This document shows, in pieces, positions 26,661-37,636 of a stretch of DNA of 64,000 nucleotides. The notes beneath the pieces were generated by a model, which saw only the letters and a program-made list of their open reading frames with translations, had not been told where the DNA came from and ran no database searches. The stretch comes from Camelus dromedarius (lineage: Eukaryota), in contig NC_087436.1 of NCBI RefSeq assembly GCF_036321535.1, positions 18,850,001 through 18,914,000 of the forward strand, written 5' to 3'. Position numbers and translations under genes: made by a program. The first letter of the stretch is position 1, and each line of letters begins with the position of its first letter.

Positions 26661-27599
26661 CCCTCCCTCATGGCCTCATGCATTGTCCTGTGGCCTCCTT
26701 CCAGCTGCAGCCTTAACCATGGTGTACACACGCCCGCTGTCCCCCTCAGTGCTGACTTTGTGGGCTCCAGGAGAGGGTAGAGCTGCCCCATTACATGCAC
26801 GCAGTAGCTCCCTTCAACGCAAAGCCAGCCACGTGAGGAAGAGGTATTCTGCCTCATTCTGTTGCACTGCCCCTGCTTACATCCATGGAGATGCCCAGGT
26901 TACAATGTTTTTAAATCTTCTCGTGGGAAACAATTGAAATTATTACTCAAGCACAAGAGATAGTTGGGTTTTATTTATTTGTTTGTTTTTTGTCCTTTGG
27001 GCCTTCTAATATTCCAGTCTAACTGGCCAAGAAATTTGTAGTAGATTTTGGAAATCTGTAATGATTCTCTTTCCTCTCTCTCTTTTTTCCCCCCAGTATT
27101 TTCAGAGGAAAAATTATTCTTAGTGGCCAAACATGGCCAGTCTTTTTTTTTTTTTTTTCCTGTCCTATTTGTTAAGGCAAAATAGATACGCATTTAAAAA
27201 CCAGAACGTTTCTCTCTAGTAGTGTCTCTCAGTTGCCTTGTTCTTTTTGGATGGTGTTTTCCTTTGATAGTCTGGGACGTCACATTAGACATGGGCGTTG
27301 CCAGCAGCTGTTAGCCAGAGGTGGAGCAAGAAGTCCTCCCCGCAGCTAGGTGTCTCTCCTGTCTTTTCCTCATGTCACAGAAGTAGCACTGATGAGAGTG
27401 TTTTCATAGACTTCTTCTGTGGGAAGCCATGACCACCCAGGCAAGCCATGGCTCACTCAGCTATAAAGGGCAGTGGGGCAAACTCGCTGATCCCCCTGCT
27501 GGAAGTGCAAATTAGTGCACTGGTTCTATAGATAAATATGGCAATATTTATGTATACATATTACAAATACCCGCAGAATATTCTAAATACAAAGTATAT

Positions 27600-28090
27600 A
27601 TTAAGAACCCTTAAAATGTGCAGTATCTGATTCAGAAGTTCCATTTCTAGGAATTTTTTATGTCAAAGGAAATACTTAGACAAATGTGCCAAGGTATGTA
27701 AACCAAGGATGTTTATAAAAACATTGTAACAGTAAGAAAATTGTAAACAACTCAACTCTTCAAGAACAGTGGATTGACTAGTAACTTATGGTGCATTAAC
27801 ATATGGACTGTCAGGCAACTATTTAAAACCATGGTTTGCAAAATAATTATTCTGTGTATTATATATGGAAGTGTATGTTGCTATGGGAAGAAGGACTACA
27901 GTATGATACATTAAAATTGTGTATATTTACTTCTGTATGAATTTTGATTTGCTTAGAAAAAGAAAATATAAACAAGAAGGTATGGCCAAAAATCATCTCA
28001 GATTGTGGGATTATGATTTTAATTTTATTTTAATTAATTCATTTTGTAAATTTTTCACGCTAGTAATATGTTACTTGCATAAGAAAAAAT
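27600..28090 (+). mobile_element. Ancient L1 (L1ME-like) 3' fragment
   Basis: TTCCATTTCTAGGAATTT...AAGGAAATA...CAAGGATGTTTAT...AAAATTGTAAACAAC motifs. Confidence 0.65.
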
Positions 28091-28773
28091 GATTATGTGG
28101 AACGGCTTGTGTCTGACACAGAGAGTTACAAACTGTTCTACCACATATCCCTATTTAGAAATGTTTATACATCTGAACATGTGTTAATAACATTTCATTA
28201 TGTCAAGTGGAGAAGAGAGAAAGATGGCTTCTTTCAAAGCCAAAATCCCCTCACAGAACTGAAATCCCTTTAGGTCTGTTGTTTTGTTGACTTTGATAGA
28301 AATACAGCTCCATAAACTTAGACCTGTGTTGAGTTAGCTTGTGGATGCTGTGTTATCATACTCTCCAATCTCTGCTACAAAATCCAGAGGGGTTGACTAT
28401 CTTCGATGCATTTAGAATACACATACAGAAGCCAAAAGAAATAAAAAAAATAAACTAAAACCCAATATATATATATACTTGATCTCTATTTTCCTTGGAA
28501 AATATTCTAAAGAAACATCATTAGTGCCCAAGATTCCATGGCATTGGGTTTGCTTCTTTGTGCTCTATGCCATTTAAATATTTGTACCTTCTTATCTGCA
28601 ACTTTGTGGCCACATTGCAAGCAATCTTTTGGATGCCACGAATCTTTATTAAATGCTTTCTCAGGTAGGGTTTTAATGTTGCTTCTATAATAAGGAAGAG
28701 CCTATGTCATCATGATAAGGTAGGCAACCGGATCTTAAGCCTGCTTCTGTAATTGATGGCTGTGTGGTCTGGC

Positions 28774-28833
<60 letters not shown>
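28774..28833. repeat. Perfect (ATG)20 microsatellite, followed by degenerate (AGT/AGC)n to ~28950
   Basis: Read directly. Confidence 0.97.
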
Positions 28834-28959
28834 TGACAGAAGCAGGAGTCATACTAGTAGCAGCAGCAGTAGTAGTAACTACTTGGTAGTGGTAGTAGTA
28901 ATAGTAGATATTAGTAGTAACTACTAGGCAGTTGTAGTCTTACTACTAACAATAAATCT

Positions 28960-29215
28960 AACAGTAATCCCATCTATAGATCCCTTACTGTAGGCAAGGA
29001 ACTCGTCTAAATACTTTACATCCATTGTATTATTTAATCCTGAAATCTCCCTGATAACTAGAGATTATTATCCCCATTTCACAGACGAGGGAATTGAGCT
29101 ATAGAGAGATTGAGTAATCTGCACAAGTGACACAGTTAACAGGTGGCAGAGGTAGGGATTAAACCCAGGTTGTTTGTCTCTAACCCTATGTTCTTTCTGA
29201 TTTACACACTGTCTT
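28960..29215 (-). mobile_element. MIR SINE, near full length
   Basis: TTATTATCCCCATTTCACAGACGAGGGAATTGAGCTATAGAGAG...ACACAGTTAACAGGTGGCAGAG...GGATTAAACCCAGG. Confidence 0.85.
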
Positions 29216-29334
29216 CCCAAGTCTTTCATAATATCTGGGCCTATGGTTTACCATTAATAAAATGAGGAGTTTAGGCTAACTAAAATAGTTGCTATGGTTT
29301 CCTGTAACTTTAACATTCTTGCAGTCTATATGCA

Positions 29335-29560
29335 ATACAGTAGAGAATTGAGGCGATTAAATGGATAAAGCCAAGTTGCCTGGGTTTGTATCTTGGCTTT
29401 ACAACTTGCTAGTCTTGTGGTCTTACCTAGTTACCTACTTTTCTGTGCTTCTGTTTCCTCATCTGGAAAATGAAACCTGCAATAACTGCTTCAGTTGTGA
29501 GGACTGAGAAAGATTATATATGGGCAACGCCTGACACAGAGGAGGTGCTTTATACATGAA
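29335..29560 (+). mobile_element. MIR SINE
   Basis: CCTGGGTTTGTATCTTGGCT...TCTGTGCTTCTGTTTCCTCATCTGGAAAATG. Confidence 0.75.
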
Positions 29561-29683
29561 TTCTGATATTTACATATTTTTCTCAAAATACACGAAAGAA
29601 AATCTAATTTCCTTTCCTTCTTGGTACAATTCTTTCACATCTCGAATCTTTGATTCAGCATAGCTCCAAACAATTTCAAATTC

Positions 29684-29792
29684 TAGGGTGGCCAATTCAT
29701 TTAGTATGTCTGGACCTTTTCCAGTTTGAGCCCTGAAAGTCCCATCCCAGAAACCCCTCAGTCTTGGGAAACTGAGAGAGTTGGTTACTCTA
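29684..29792. mobile_element. MER81-like hAT-Blackjack MITE
   Basis: Inverted termini TAGGGTGGCCAA / TTGGTTACTCTA and internal CTGAAAGTCCC...GAAACCCCTCAGTC. Confidence 0.8.
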
Positions 29793-31074
29793 CTTTTAAC
29801 AACCTAGCATAACTCTCTGAGGTCCCAGCCTGTATGACTCATCTGTCTCTTTGTTCATCTTTACATTTCCAGTAGCCTTGTCTCACTCCCATCCTGGAGG
29901 AATACGGGAAAACTTGAGAAATCCACTCATGCATAAATGTGTTTCCTGCTACCCATCTTCATGTGTTTTGGGGGTCCTTAAGTCAAAGCACTGTAGAACA
30001 TTTTAGCTGAAAGTTCCCTTAGAAAATGTCTTATGTTATTTTGAGGCATGGCTAGACATGACCCAGGTAACTGTAATAGCGTAATGAAGGAGAAAAACTC
30101 AACCTATGCATTAGAGTTATGGTGTTCTGGGGGCACAAAGCCAGGTGAAAAGAAAAGTTGGGCCAGATTATGATATCTGGAGCCTCTGGTGATAGGCAAC
30201 AAGTAGTTGTCTCGATTTGGGGGAAGCAGCAAAAACACCAGGCGCTGATGATTCTGACAGGTGAGTGGCAGATAGCAAAGGAAAACACAGGGGCAGTGAT
30301 TCTCTATTTCAGGAGGGCAGTCATCAGAGAGTCAGACTTAAGCCACAGAACAATTCAGGAACAGATTTCCAATCATGGGGCCACAGAACTGATCTTCTGA
30401 GGTGGGCTAGTTTTAGGCAGGTTGTAGGCAGGGAATCATGGAGGTATAAGACCAAAATCCCAATTATTTGAACTAAGACACAAGATGGAAACTGTATCGC
30501 CATTATAGTTGCCTGTAATGTATAGGCAACACCCACTGATCAGACGTGGGGCACTAAGTTGCAGTGAGAAAACCGAGAAGGGGGACTTGATGCTGAGTCC
30601 CAGAATCTCAGACTTTGTCCCCTCAGTTGTAATTCCTGCCTGCCGTTAGAATTGGCACCAAAGTAGTGGTTCTCATTCTTTCCTGTGATTAGGAATCAAC
30701 CGGAGTATTTATAAAAGGTCAAGATTCTGAGGCTCCATTCCATTCTGCTCCATTTGCTTTGTGGTTGGTTTGAGGTCTCTGCATTATTGACATGGCCACA
30801 CCCCACTGTGTATTTGACAGGGTTGGCGATGGGAGAGTCAGTGTACTAGATGATCCAGGGTTCCAACTGCAGAGGCAGGAACTGAGGCACAGCCTGGCAG
30901 CCCCTCCCATCTGTCCATGAGTAGTTGAGGCCCAGAGCCAGGACCTGATCCCAAGGCCCCTGGTATTGACTTGGCTGCCCTTTTGATTGTTTGTGGGATT
31001 CCACATCACACTCAAACAATATCTTTCATTTCTGACATGTTGTCTTAAGTATCTGCTAAGGCAATATGCCTCTT

Positions 31075-31123
31075 TGTGAGGCCCTTTCTCCATCTCTGTG
31101 AGGCCCTTTCTCCATCTCTGTGA
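31075..31123. repeat. Exact 22-bp tandem duplication (TGTGAGGCCCTTTCTCCATCTC)x2 plus TGTGA
   Basis: Read directly. Confidence 0.95.
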
Positions 31124-32252
31124 ATCTTGGGATTTTGATTTGTTCCTAATAAGGAAGTTTCCTTATAACTCTGACTTTGGGGCACAATAAATGACACAGA
31201 CATATTGTTCAACAAATTTTTCTTGACAAGCAGCTGGAAATCTCCCAGTCATCTGACAGCCTAAACTCAAGCCAGATCCTTTCTAGAAATATGGGCTGGA
31301 CTCTTCATAAGCTTGGTTTGGGACAGAGGGAGGTTGATTCAGCTGCACCAAAGTCAGGACGACTTGGCAAATATATGTAGGGCTCACTTTTTCCCTTCAT
31401 CATTCTAAATGTGAGTTCTGAAGGCAGAGATTTTCTATTTGAAACTTGGAGGTAAAGAATAAAAAGAACCAAATGTGGTTTTAATGAATGGCATTAAAAA
31501 TCCAGGGTGTTGTGCAGATTAAAGTTAAGAAGAGTTCCAGTTTCTGATAGCTAAGTCTGACACACGTGTTCTTAATTTGGTTACAAAACTGAGCAATGAC
31601 TATGAGGTCGGGAACATAGGGAGGAATGCAGTAACAAAGACGATGGAGATGTCAGATTCACATAGTTAGTAATTTAATTTTTAATAATGAAAAGCAACAT
31701 GATTAAATTGAGTAGGCAATTAGCTTGTACCTTGTGAGGGACATAGAGGGAGACATAGTTCCTGAGACCTCCCAGCCTTTCTAGAATGCAAAGAATTTTG
31801 GAGCAATACAGGAAAGATTCCTAAGCTAAGTATTTCCAGTAAGAGTAAATATTATTCAAGAAGTGTGGCTTTGAAAACAACCTATAGGTTCTAAAATTGT
31901 CATATGGTTTCCACATAGGTTGAAAAACATGATAAGCAATTTTATTAAAACCTACTCTATTCATAGATTCTAAAACCACATGTATAATTTTGCCAGGCAC
32001 ATAATGGAAGTATGGTGTGTTAATTTTTTAATGTGCTTAGTATGTTTTTTTTCCACTTTTCTGTTATTCTCTTTTTCTCATTTAGTGGATAATGTTCAGA
32101 GATGAACACGGCTTTGGAATAGGCTGCTAAGTCAATTGAGACTGAGCCTGGGGAAAGCCATAGTCAGTAGCTTAGCTCTCTTTAAAGATGAAGAAAGCTA
32201 TACACAGCTTTATCTCTTAGATACATAGTGAGATATATGCATTCACAGACAT

Positions 32253-32255
32253 GCG

Positions 32256-32298
<43 letters not shown>
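32253..32298. repeat. Compound microsatellite (GC)6(AC)17
   Basis: Read directly. Confidence 0.97.
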
Positions 32299-32300
<2 letters not shown>

Positions 32301-33159
32301 TTTATAGCCTAGGAAATTGAAGTTCTCTTACTGATCAAAAAGTGATCTCTAGCTCTTTTCTGGAGGGATACACTTGTGAATATAAATAAATAAGCAATTA
32401 CACTTTAATGGCTATTCAATCTGATTAGAGTTATAAGTATTTCCTATAGAAGAGCCTCTTTGTTAGAGAGCAATCAGAAAATTTTGTATTTAATTCTACT
32501 CCATAATTTGCTCCATGCCATTTAACTAAAAAACACATCGATGGAGTAGCTGCTAAGGATACAAAGATACAAGAGACTTTTGCCTTAAAGGGGCATAGAA
32601 TCTAAAAGGGAAAATGGACACACTAAGAACTAAATATTCTCTACTTGCAATATTAATAAAATGCCATGTTCATGCTATATTCCTGTGTGCCAGGGACTCA
32701 TTTTGCTGGGAATTCACCAAAGAAGGAGTAAAATTTCAGTAGATGGATTTACTGATCCATCAGATAAAAGCATGATGTCCAGGCAAATTTTGATAGCTAC
32801 AGATCTGATACACAGGGTAGAGGTGATAAAAAATCAACTTGGTCCTTTTGGTTGGTGGGGGGGAAGTTTTGCAGATCAAGGTGTCCTGAGTGTTGGGATT
32901 AGGACAGCTGCATCAATTAAAGGAAAGAACTCTTGGGCACCATAGATGCCCAAGATAGGAGATAGAGTCTTGTGGAGTTGAACTATAGCTCTAGCTGTAC
33001 CAGCATCCTTTAGTAATCATTATTGTACTCAATTCACTAAACTTTAGTGAGAGCCTATCCTATGCTGGGCTCAGGACTTACAGTACAAGTAATTTACAAA
33101 CAAGGAAGGGAGGCAAACATTAAATAAAAGTCTTTCTGTAAGAAGGTGTTAAATTGAGT

Positions 33160-33610
33160 AGAGGACAAAGTTCATTTGACAGGGAACTCCTGTCAAAAAG
33201 AACTCCAAATCCTAGTGGCTTCATACAAAGAAAATTTATTTCTTTCTTATGTTTTAATCCAATGCTGATGACCTTGAATGAACAGCTCTCCTGGGCTGTC
33301 TTTCCACTAAGCAATGACTCAGAGACTGGGGCTGCTTCTACCTTTTGTCTCCAACACCTTGTACTTTAAGGTCACCCTGGGGTCATGCAGCTGGTAGGTG
33401 GAGGGCGGAATTCATGGAGGATACACAGATTTCTTCCGGGAAATGATATATGTCACTTATGTCCACATTCCATTGGCTAGAACCAGTGACATGGCTCCAC
33501 CTTGACACAAGGCAGCTGGGAAATTGGCACTACTTCTAATAAAATCATTGTAACCCTCACAAGGAAGTAGAGCAGCAATCTTTGGTGGCCTCCAGCAGTC
33601 TCTGCAACAG
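33160..33610. mobile_element. Old MaLR LTR (MLT1J/K-like)
   Basis: GTGGCTTCATACAAAGAAAATTTATTTC and GTCCACATTCCATTGGCTAGAACCAGTGACATGGCTCCACC motifs; related to 13272-13607. Confidence 0.65.
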
Positions 33611-33939
33611 TGCAGTGGGGGCCAAAAAGGAGCTCTCTCCACAGAGACAGTGATGTATATGATGAGTCTTGATGGGAAAAATAGTTTACTGTCAGATGAA
33701 GGGATGTAGGGAGAGCAAAACATTCAAAGCAGCTACATATCTATAATGATGGAGATATGAAACCTCACAGTAGCGGCAGGATAGTGCCTTACTTCGTTGA
33801 GGCTGGGGCATGTAGAGTAATGACAGAGGTGATGGGAGGTGGGGAAGGAGAGTTTTGTAGTTATCATCGCATGAGGAGACTTTGCAGTCTCTGAATTTAA
33901 GAGCTTAGAGCTATTAAGACTACCTAATTAAACCTATAA

Positions 33940-34097
33940 TTTTAAAGTTTGGCTTCATATTAAAATAATAAGGGAATTTTTCTTAATGCTTAGTCCCAGG
34001 CCCCCCTAACTTGCTTAGATCAAAATCAGAAGACATCTGTCATTTAAAAAGCTGCATAGAGGAATAGAATGTGTCACCTAGATTGAGCATAACTGAG
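33940..34097. mobile_element. MER5-like hAT-Charlie relic
   Basis: CCCAGGCCCCCC...TCAAAATC...TTTAAAAAGCTGC...AGATTGAGCATAACTG. Confidence 0.5.
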
Positions 34098-34384
34098 CTA
34101 AAGTTATTGTTAAAATGCAAAACAAAGATATTTGTTAGACTTTACTCCAGTGGCTACAGAGAGAAGAAACGCTTAAACACTTAAAATGAGTTTAAAATAA
34201 AATCCCATTCTAGCACAGGTAACACAATCAATGATGGACATTGTCTGGAAATATAATTTTAATCATCATCAAGAACATTTTTGAGATGCCTATTTTGGGA
34301 AAGGCAGTTTGAGAGAACAAATTTTCAACTCAAAATCATCCAGAGATTTGTAATCTTCTAATAAATGAGGGAGGTTGTCTAATG

Positions 34385-34535
34385 TAATAGAAGGGTAAGG
34401 GAATGTGGAATCAGACCTGAATTTGAATTCCTATTTACCATTTTCTAGCTAAATTACTTTCTAGGAAAGTTACTTCTAAGAAAGTCATCTAACTTTTCTG
34501 AGGCTTTGTTTCACTATTTGAAAAATAAGATAGTC
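34385..34535 (+). mobile_element. MIR SINE
   Basis: GGAATCAGACCTGAATTTGAATTCC...AAGTCATCTAACTTTTCTGAGGC. Confidence 0.65.
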
Positions 34536-34539
34536 ATTT

Positions 34540-34682
34540 GTGCATGAAGTTGCTGGCTGCCTCCCTAATAATTTCTCATCTCCCTATTTTGTTGGGTGGC
34601 AATGTGCCCAGCTAAAAGGCTTGGTTTCCCAGGCTCCCTTGAAGTGAGCTGTGGCCAAGTGACACATTTCTGATGAATGAGG
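34540..34682. mobile_element. MaLR LTR fragment (MLT1G/H-like)
   Basis: TTTTGTTGGGTGGCAATGTGCCCAGCTAAAA...TTTCCCAGGCTCCCTTG...GTGGCCAAGTGAC. Confidence 0.6.
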
Positions 34683-36810
34683 AGTGAACGAAGGAGAGAG
34701 TAGCAGACCTTGAGGTCAGAGGAGTAACGGAGGTTAGGCAGATCCTGTGGGGCCTTGAGGCTGTTTTAAAACTTTGGATTTTACTCTGAGTGAAATGGAA
34801 GCCATGAAGAGTCCTGAGAGACATTCAATGACTCTGGATGCTGTGTTGAGAGCAGACAGTAAAAGGAGAAGGATGGAGAAGGGGAGAGCTGGTAGGAAAT
34901 TGTTGCAGTAATTTAAGTGAAAAATGATGATGGTTTAGACTGGGAAGATTAGCTATGGAGATAATATAAGTTCTCAGATTCTGAATATATTTTGAAAGGA
35001 GAGTCAACAGTATTTACAAATGGAATGGATGTGGGGTGTTTGATTAAAATTATTAAGAAAGAATCCAAGTTATTATTATTATTTTTTGGCTTGAAGAACT
35101 GTAAGGATAGGATTGCCTTTAACTGAGATGAAGTATGCTATGGATAAAGTGTGTTCGAGGGGAAAGACTGGACGTTGAGTTCTGTACATGTTGAATGTGA
35201 TACGTCTATTAGAAATCCAAGAGAAGATGTAAAGTAGGCAGCTTTGTGTATGAGAGTAGAGTTGAAGATAGAAATCAGTTCTGGAACACCACCAACCAGC
35301 TTTACAACAAATATTAAAGGAACTTCTCTAGTGATCAAATCATAAGAAAAGAGAAAAAAAGAAGAAAGAGAAAAAAAAAAGAAGACCTACAAAAGATTGC
35401 TTTGGCAGTTTGAGGTCTTTTATGGTTTAATATTAATTTTTGAATTGTTTGTTCTAGTTCTGTGAAAAATGTCATGAGTATTTTGACAGGGGTTGCACTG
35501 GATCTGTAGATTGCTTTGGGTAGTATGGCCATTTTGATAATGTTGATTCTTTCAGTCCTAGGGCACAAGATGTCTTTCCATTTCTTTGTATCACCTTCAA
35601 TTTCCTTCATCAATGTTTTAGTTTTCAGAATATAGGTAACCTCCTTGGTTAAGTTTATTTCTAGGTATTTTGTTGTTTTGAATGAAATGGAAATGCTTAT
35701 GCCAGTTATAAAATTCTAGTTTTTGAAGTGAAAAAAAAAGTGAATGAAGGACTGCAAATGGCAAAATATCCTTCTTTCTTATGGGTGAGCTGTATTCCAT
35801 TACATATATATATTGCATCTTCTTTATCCGTTCACTTATTGATATGCACTTAGGATGCTTCCACGTCCTGGAAATTATAAATAATGTTGCTGTTAATAGT
35901 GGGTGTTTTGAATTAATTCTTATTTTGTGGCTGGCTTTATTCCTTTGATAACTAAGTTATAAAGTTATAACTACTATAAAGTTATAACCACTATAACTTT
36001 CTTACTTTGGTAACTATGTAAGTTTAAAAAGCAAAAGCTATAAGTGTTCTTAAAAACAATGAACCATACATATAAGTAAATTTTTAAAAATGTGCAGTAG
36101 TATATTATGTATATGTATTTACATGTAACATATTGATTATGTATAGTCAAATTGTAACAGTTCTACATAATAAAACTGAAAAATGAAAAAAAAAATCAGT
36201 CCTGGAAATATAAGTTGAAGGATTCCAAGAAATGTTTAAAATCATGCGATTAGATTAAACCACCTGAGTAAATGTAAATAAAGGAGAGACATGTGTGCTG
36301 TAGATTAATCCACCATTAAGAAATCGAGGCAGAGAGAATTCTCCCAAAAGGAGACTGACAAGGAGGATTCAACAAGGCAGAAGGGAAAGCAAGATGGTTG
36401 CTCTGGGAGCCAAGAGAAAAACAGCTGGTCAAATGCTGCTGCTGCCAGTAAGATGGGGACCGGGAACTTACCATTGCATTTAGCACCATGGTAGTCATGG
36501 GTGTTCTCAGAAGATAGTGCCTGCTACAAGTGCCTTGAAAAACATGGAAGGACAGGAATTGGAAACAGCAGTAGAGATGACTCTTTTAAGAAGTTTTAGA
36601 GCAAAGACATAAGGTAGTTGCTAGTGGGAAAGTGGAATGAGGGGCAAGAGAAAGCTGGGGTGTGTGTTTAAAGATTTGACAAGGAACATCATAGAATATG
36701 CTGTTGGGAATAATCCAGAGAGAGAGAGCAGAAAAGTTGACGATGTTGGAAAGAAGAGAAATTGCTGAAGTGATAACTTTAAATGGGGTTGAAGGATCCA
36801 ATCTAAGTCA
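34683..36810 (-). mobile_element. L2 LINE, split by the L1 mosaic at 35287-36192
   Basis: ACTTTGGATTTTACTCTGAGTGAAATGGAAGCCATG and later L2 motifs. L2 sequence resumes directly after the right TSD (CTGGAA|ATATAAGTTG). Confidence 0.85.
35287..36192. mobile_element. Scrambled L1-derived insertion with TSDs
   Basis: TSD AAATCAGTTCTGGAA (35272-86) / AAATCAGTCCTGGAA (36193-207). Sense ORF1-end piece, antisense ORF2 pieces (ORF 35335-35613(-) ...[27 protein letters not shown]...), A-rich tail. Confidence 0.85.
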
Positions 36811-37138
36811 CGTTTAGAGAAGCATGGAAATCTTTACCCATGCCATCTACAGTGTACGGCACCAAGGGAGATACGAAAGAAACAGCACAAAGTCTGTTAC
36901 CTCGGAGCATGTACAGTCTTTGATGTGCTCATTCTACAAGCTTTTGGGCCTTTCATCACAATTGGTTTGAATGCTGCTGATTCCAGGGGCAGAGGGACTT
37001 TGCAAGCTGTGTGCTGCTGCTTTTCTGAGACCTTTCTTGTTACCAGAGCTTTGTCCTGAAATTAGGAGCATTTGAAACATCTTTACAGTTTTCAGGCTCT
37101 CCTCTATCCATTTCTATGCTAGTTTCTTAAGAGGCCTC

Positions 37139-37636
37139 TAAATTTGTTTTCTATTGCTGCCAAAAACAAGGAACCACAACTTTAGTGATTCAAACCACAC
37201 AGATGAATCCTCTGACAGGTCTGGAGGTCAGAAGTCTGCCATACCTCGTACTGGGCCGCCGTCAGGCACTGGCGGGGCTGCACTCCTTTCTGTAAGGCTC
37301 TGGGTAGGGGACAGCCCCTCACCTTCTCCAGCCTCTCCAGGCCTCCTGCATCCCTTGGCTTGTGGCCCCTTCCTTCATCTCAGAGCCAGCAAAGATGCAT
37401 CAAGCCCTTCTCACTCTTCATCACTCTGACCTCCTCTTCTGCCTCCCTCTGCCACTTTGAAGGACCTCTGTGGTTACATTAGAGCCACCTGGACAATCTC
37501 ACTAAAGATCAGCTGTGTAGCAACCTTAATTCCACCTGGAAATTGAATTCTCATTTTTCATGTAACATAACATATTTACAGATTCCAGGTATTAGGAGGT
37601 GACGTCTTTGGGGGAACAGTCACCCTGCCTACTACA
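37139..37636 (-). mobile_element. MaLR solo LTR (MLT1C/D-like)
   Basis: TCTGGAGGTCAGAAGTC, CCTTGGCTTGTGGCCCCTTCCTTCATCTC and end CTGCCTACTACA. 5-bp flanks GCCTC/ACCTC. Confidence 0.85.

Noticed and set aside
31075..31123. CRISPR-like repeats, here or at 53590-53690 and 62225-62800
   Set aside because: No unique spacers of regular length, no cas genes, and the context is mammalian.
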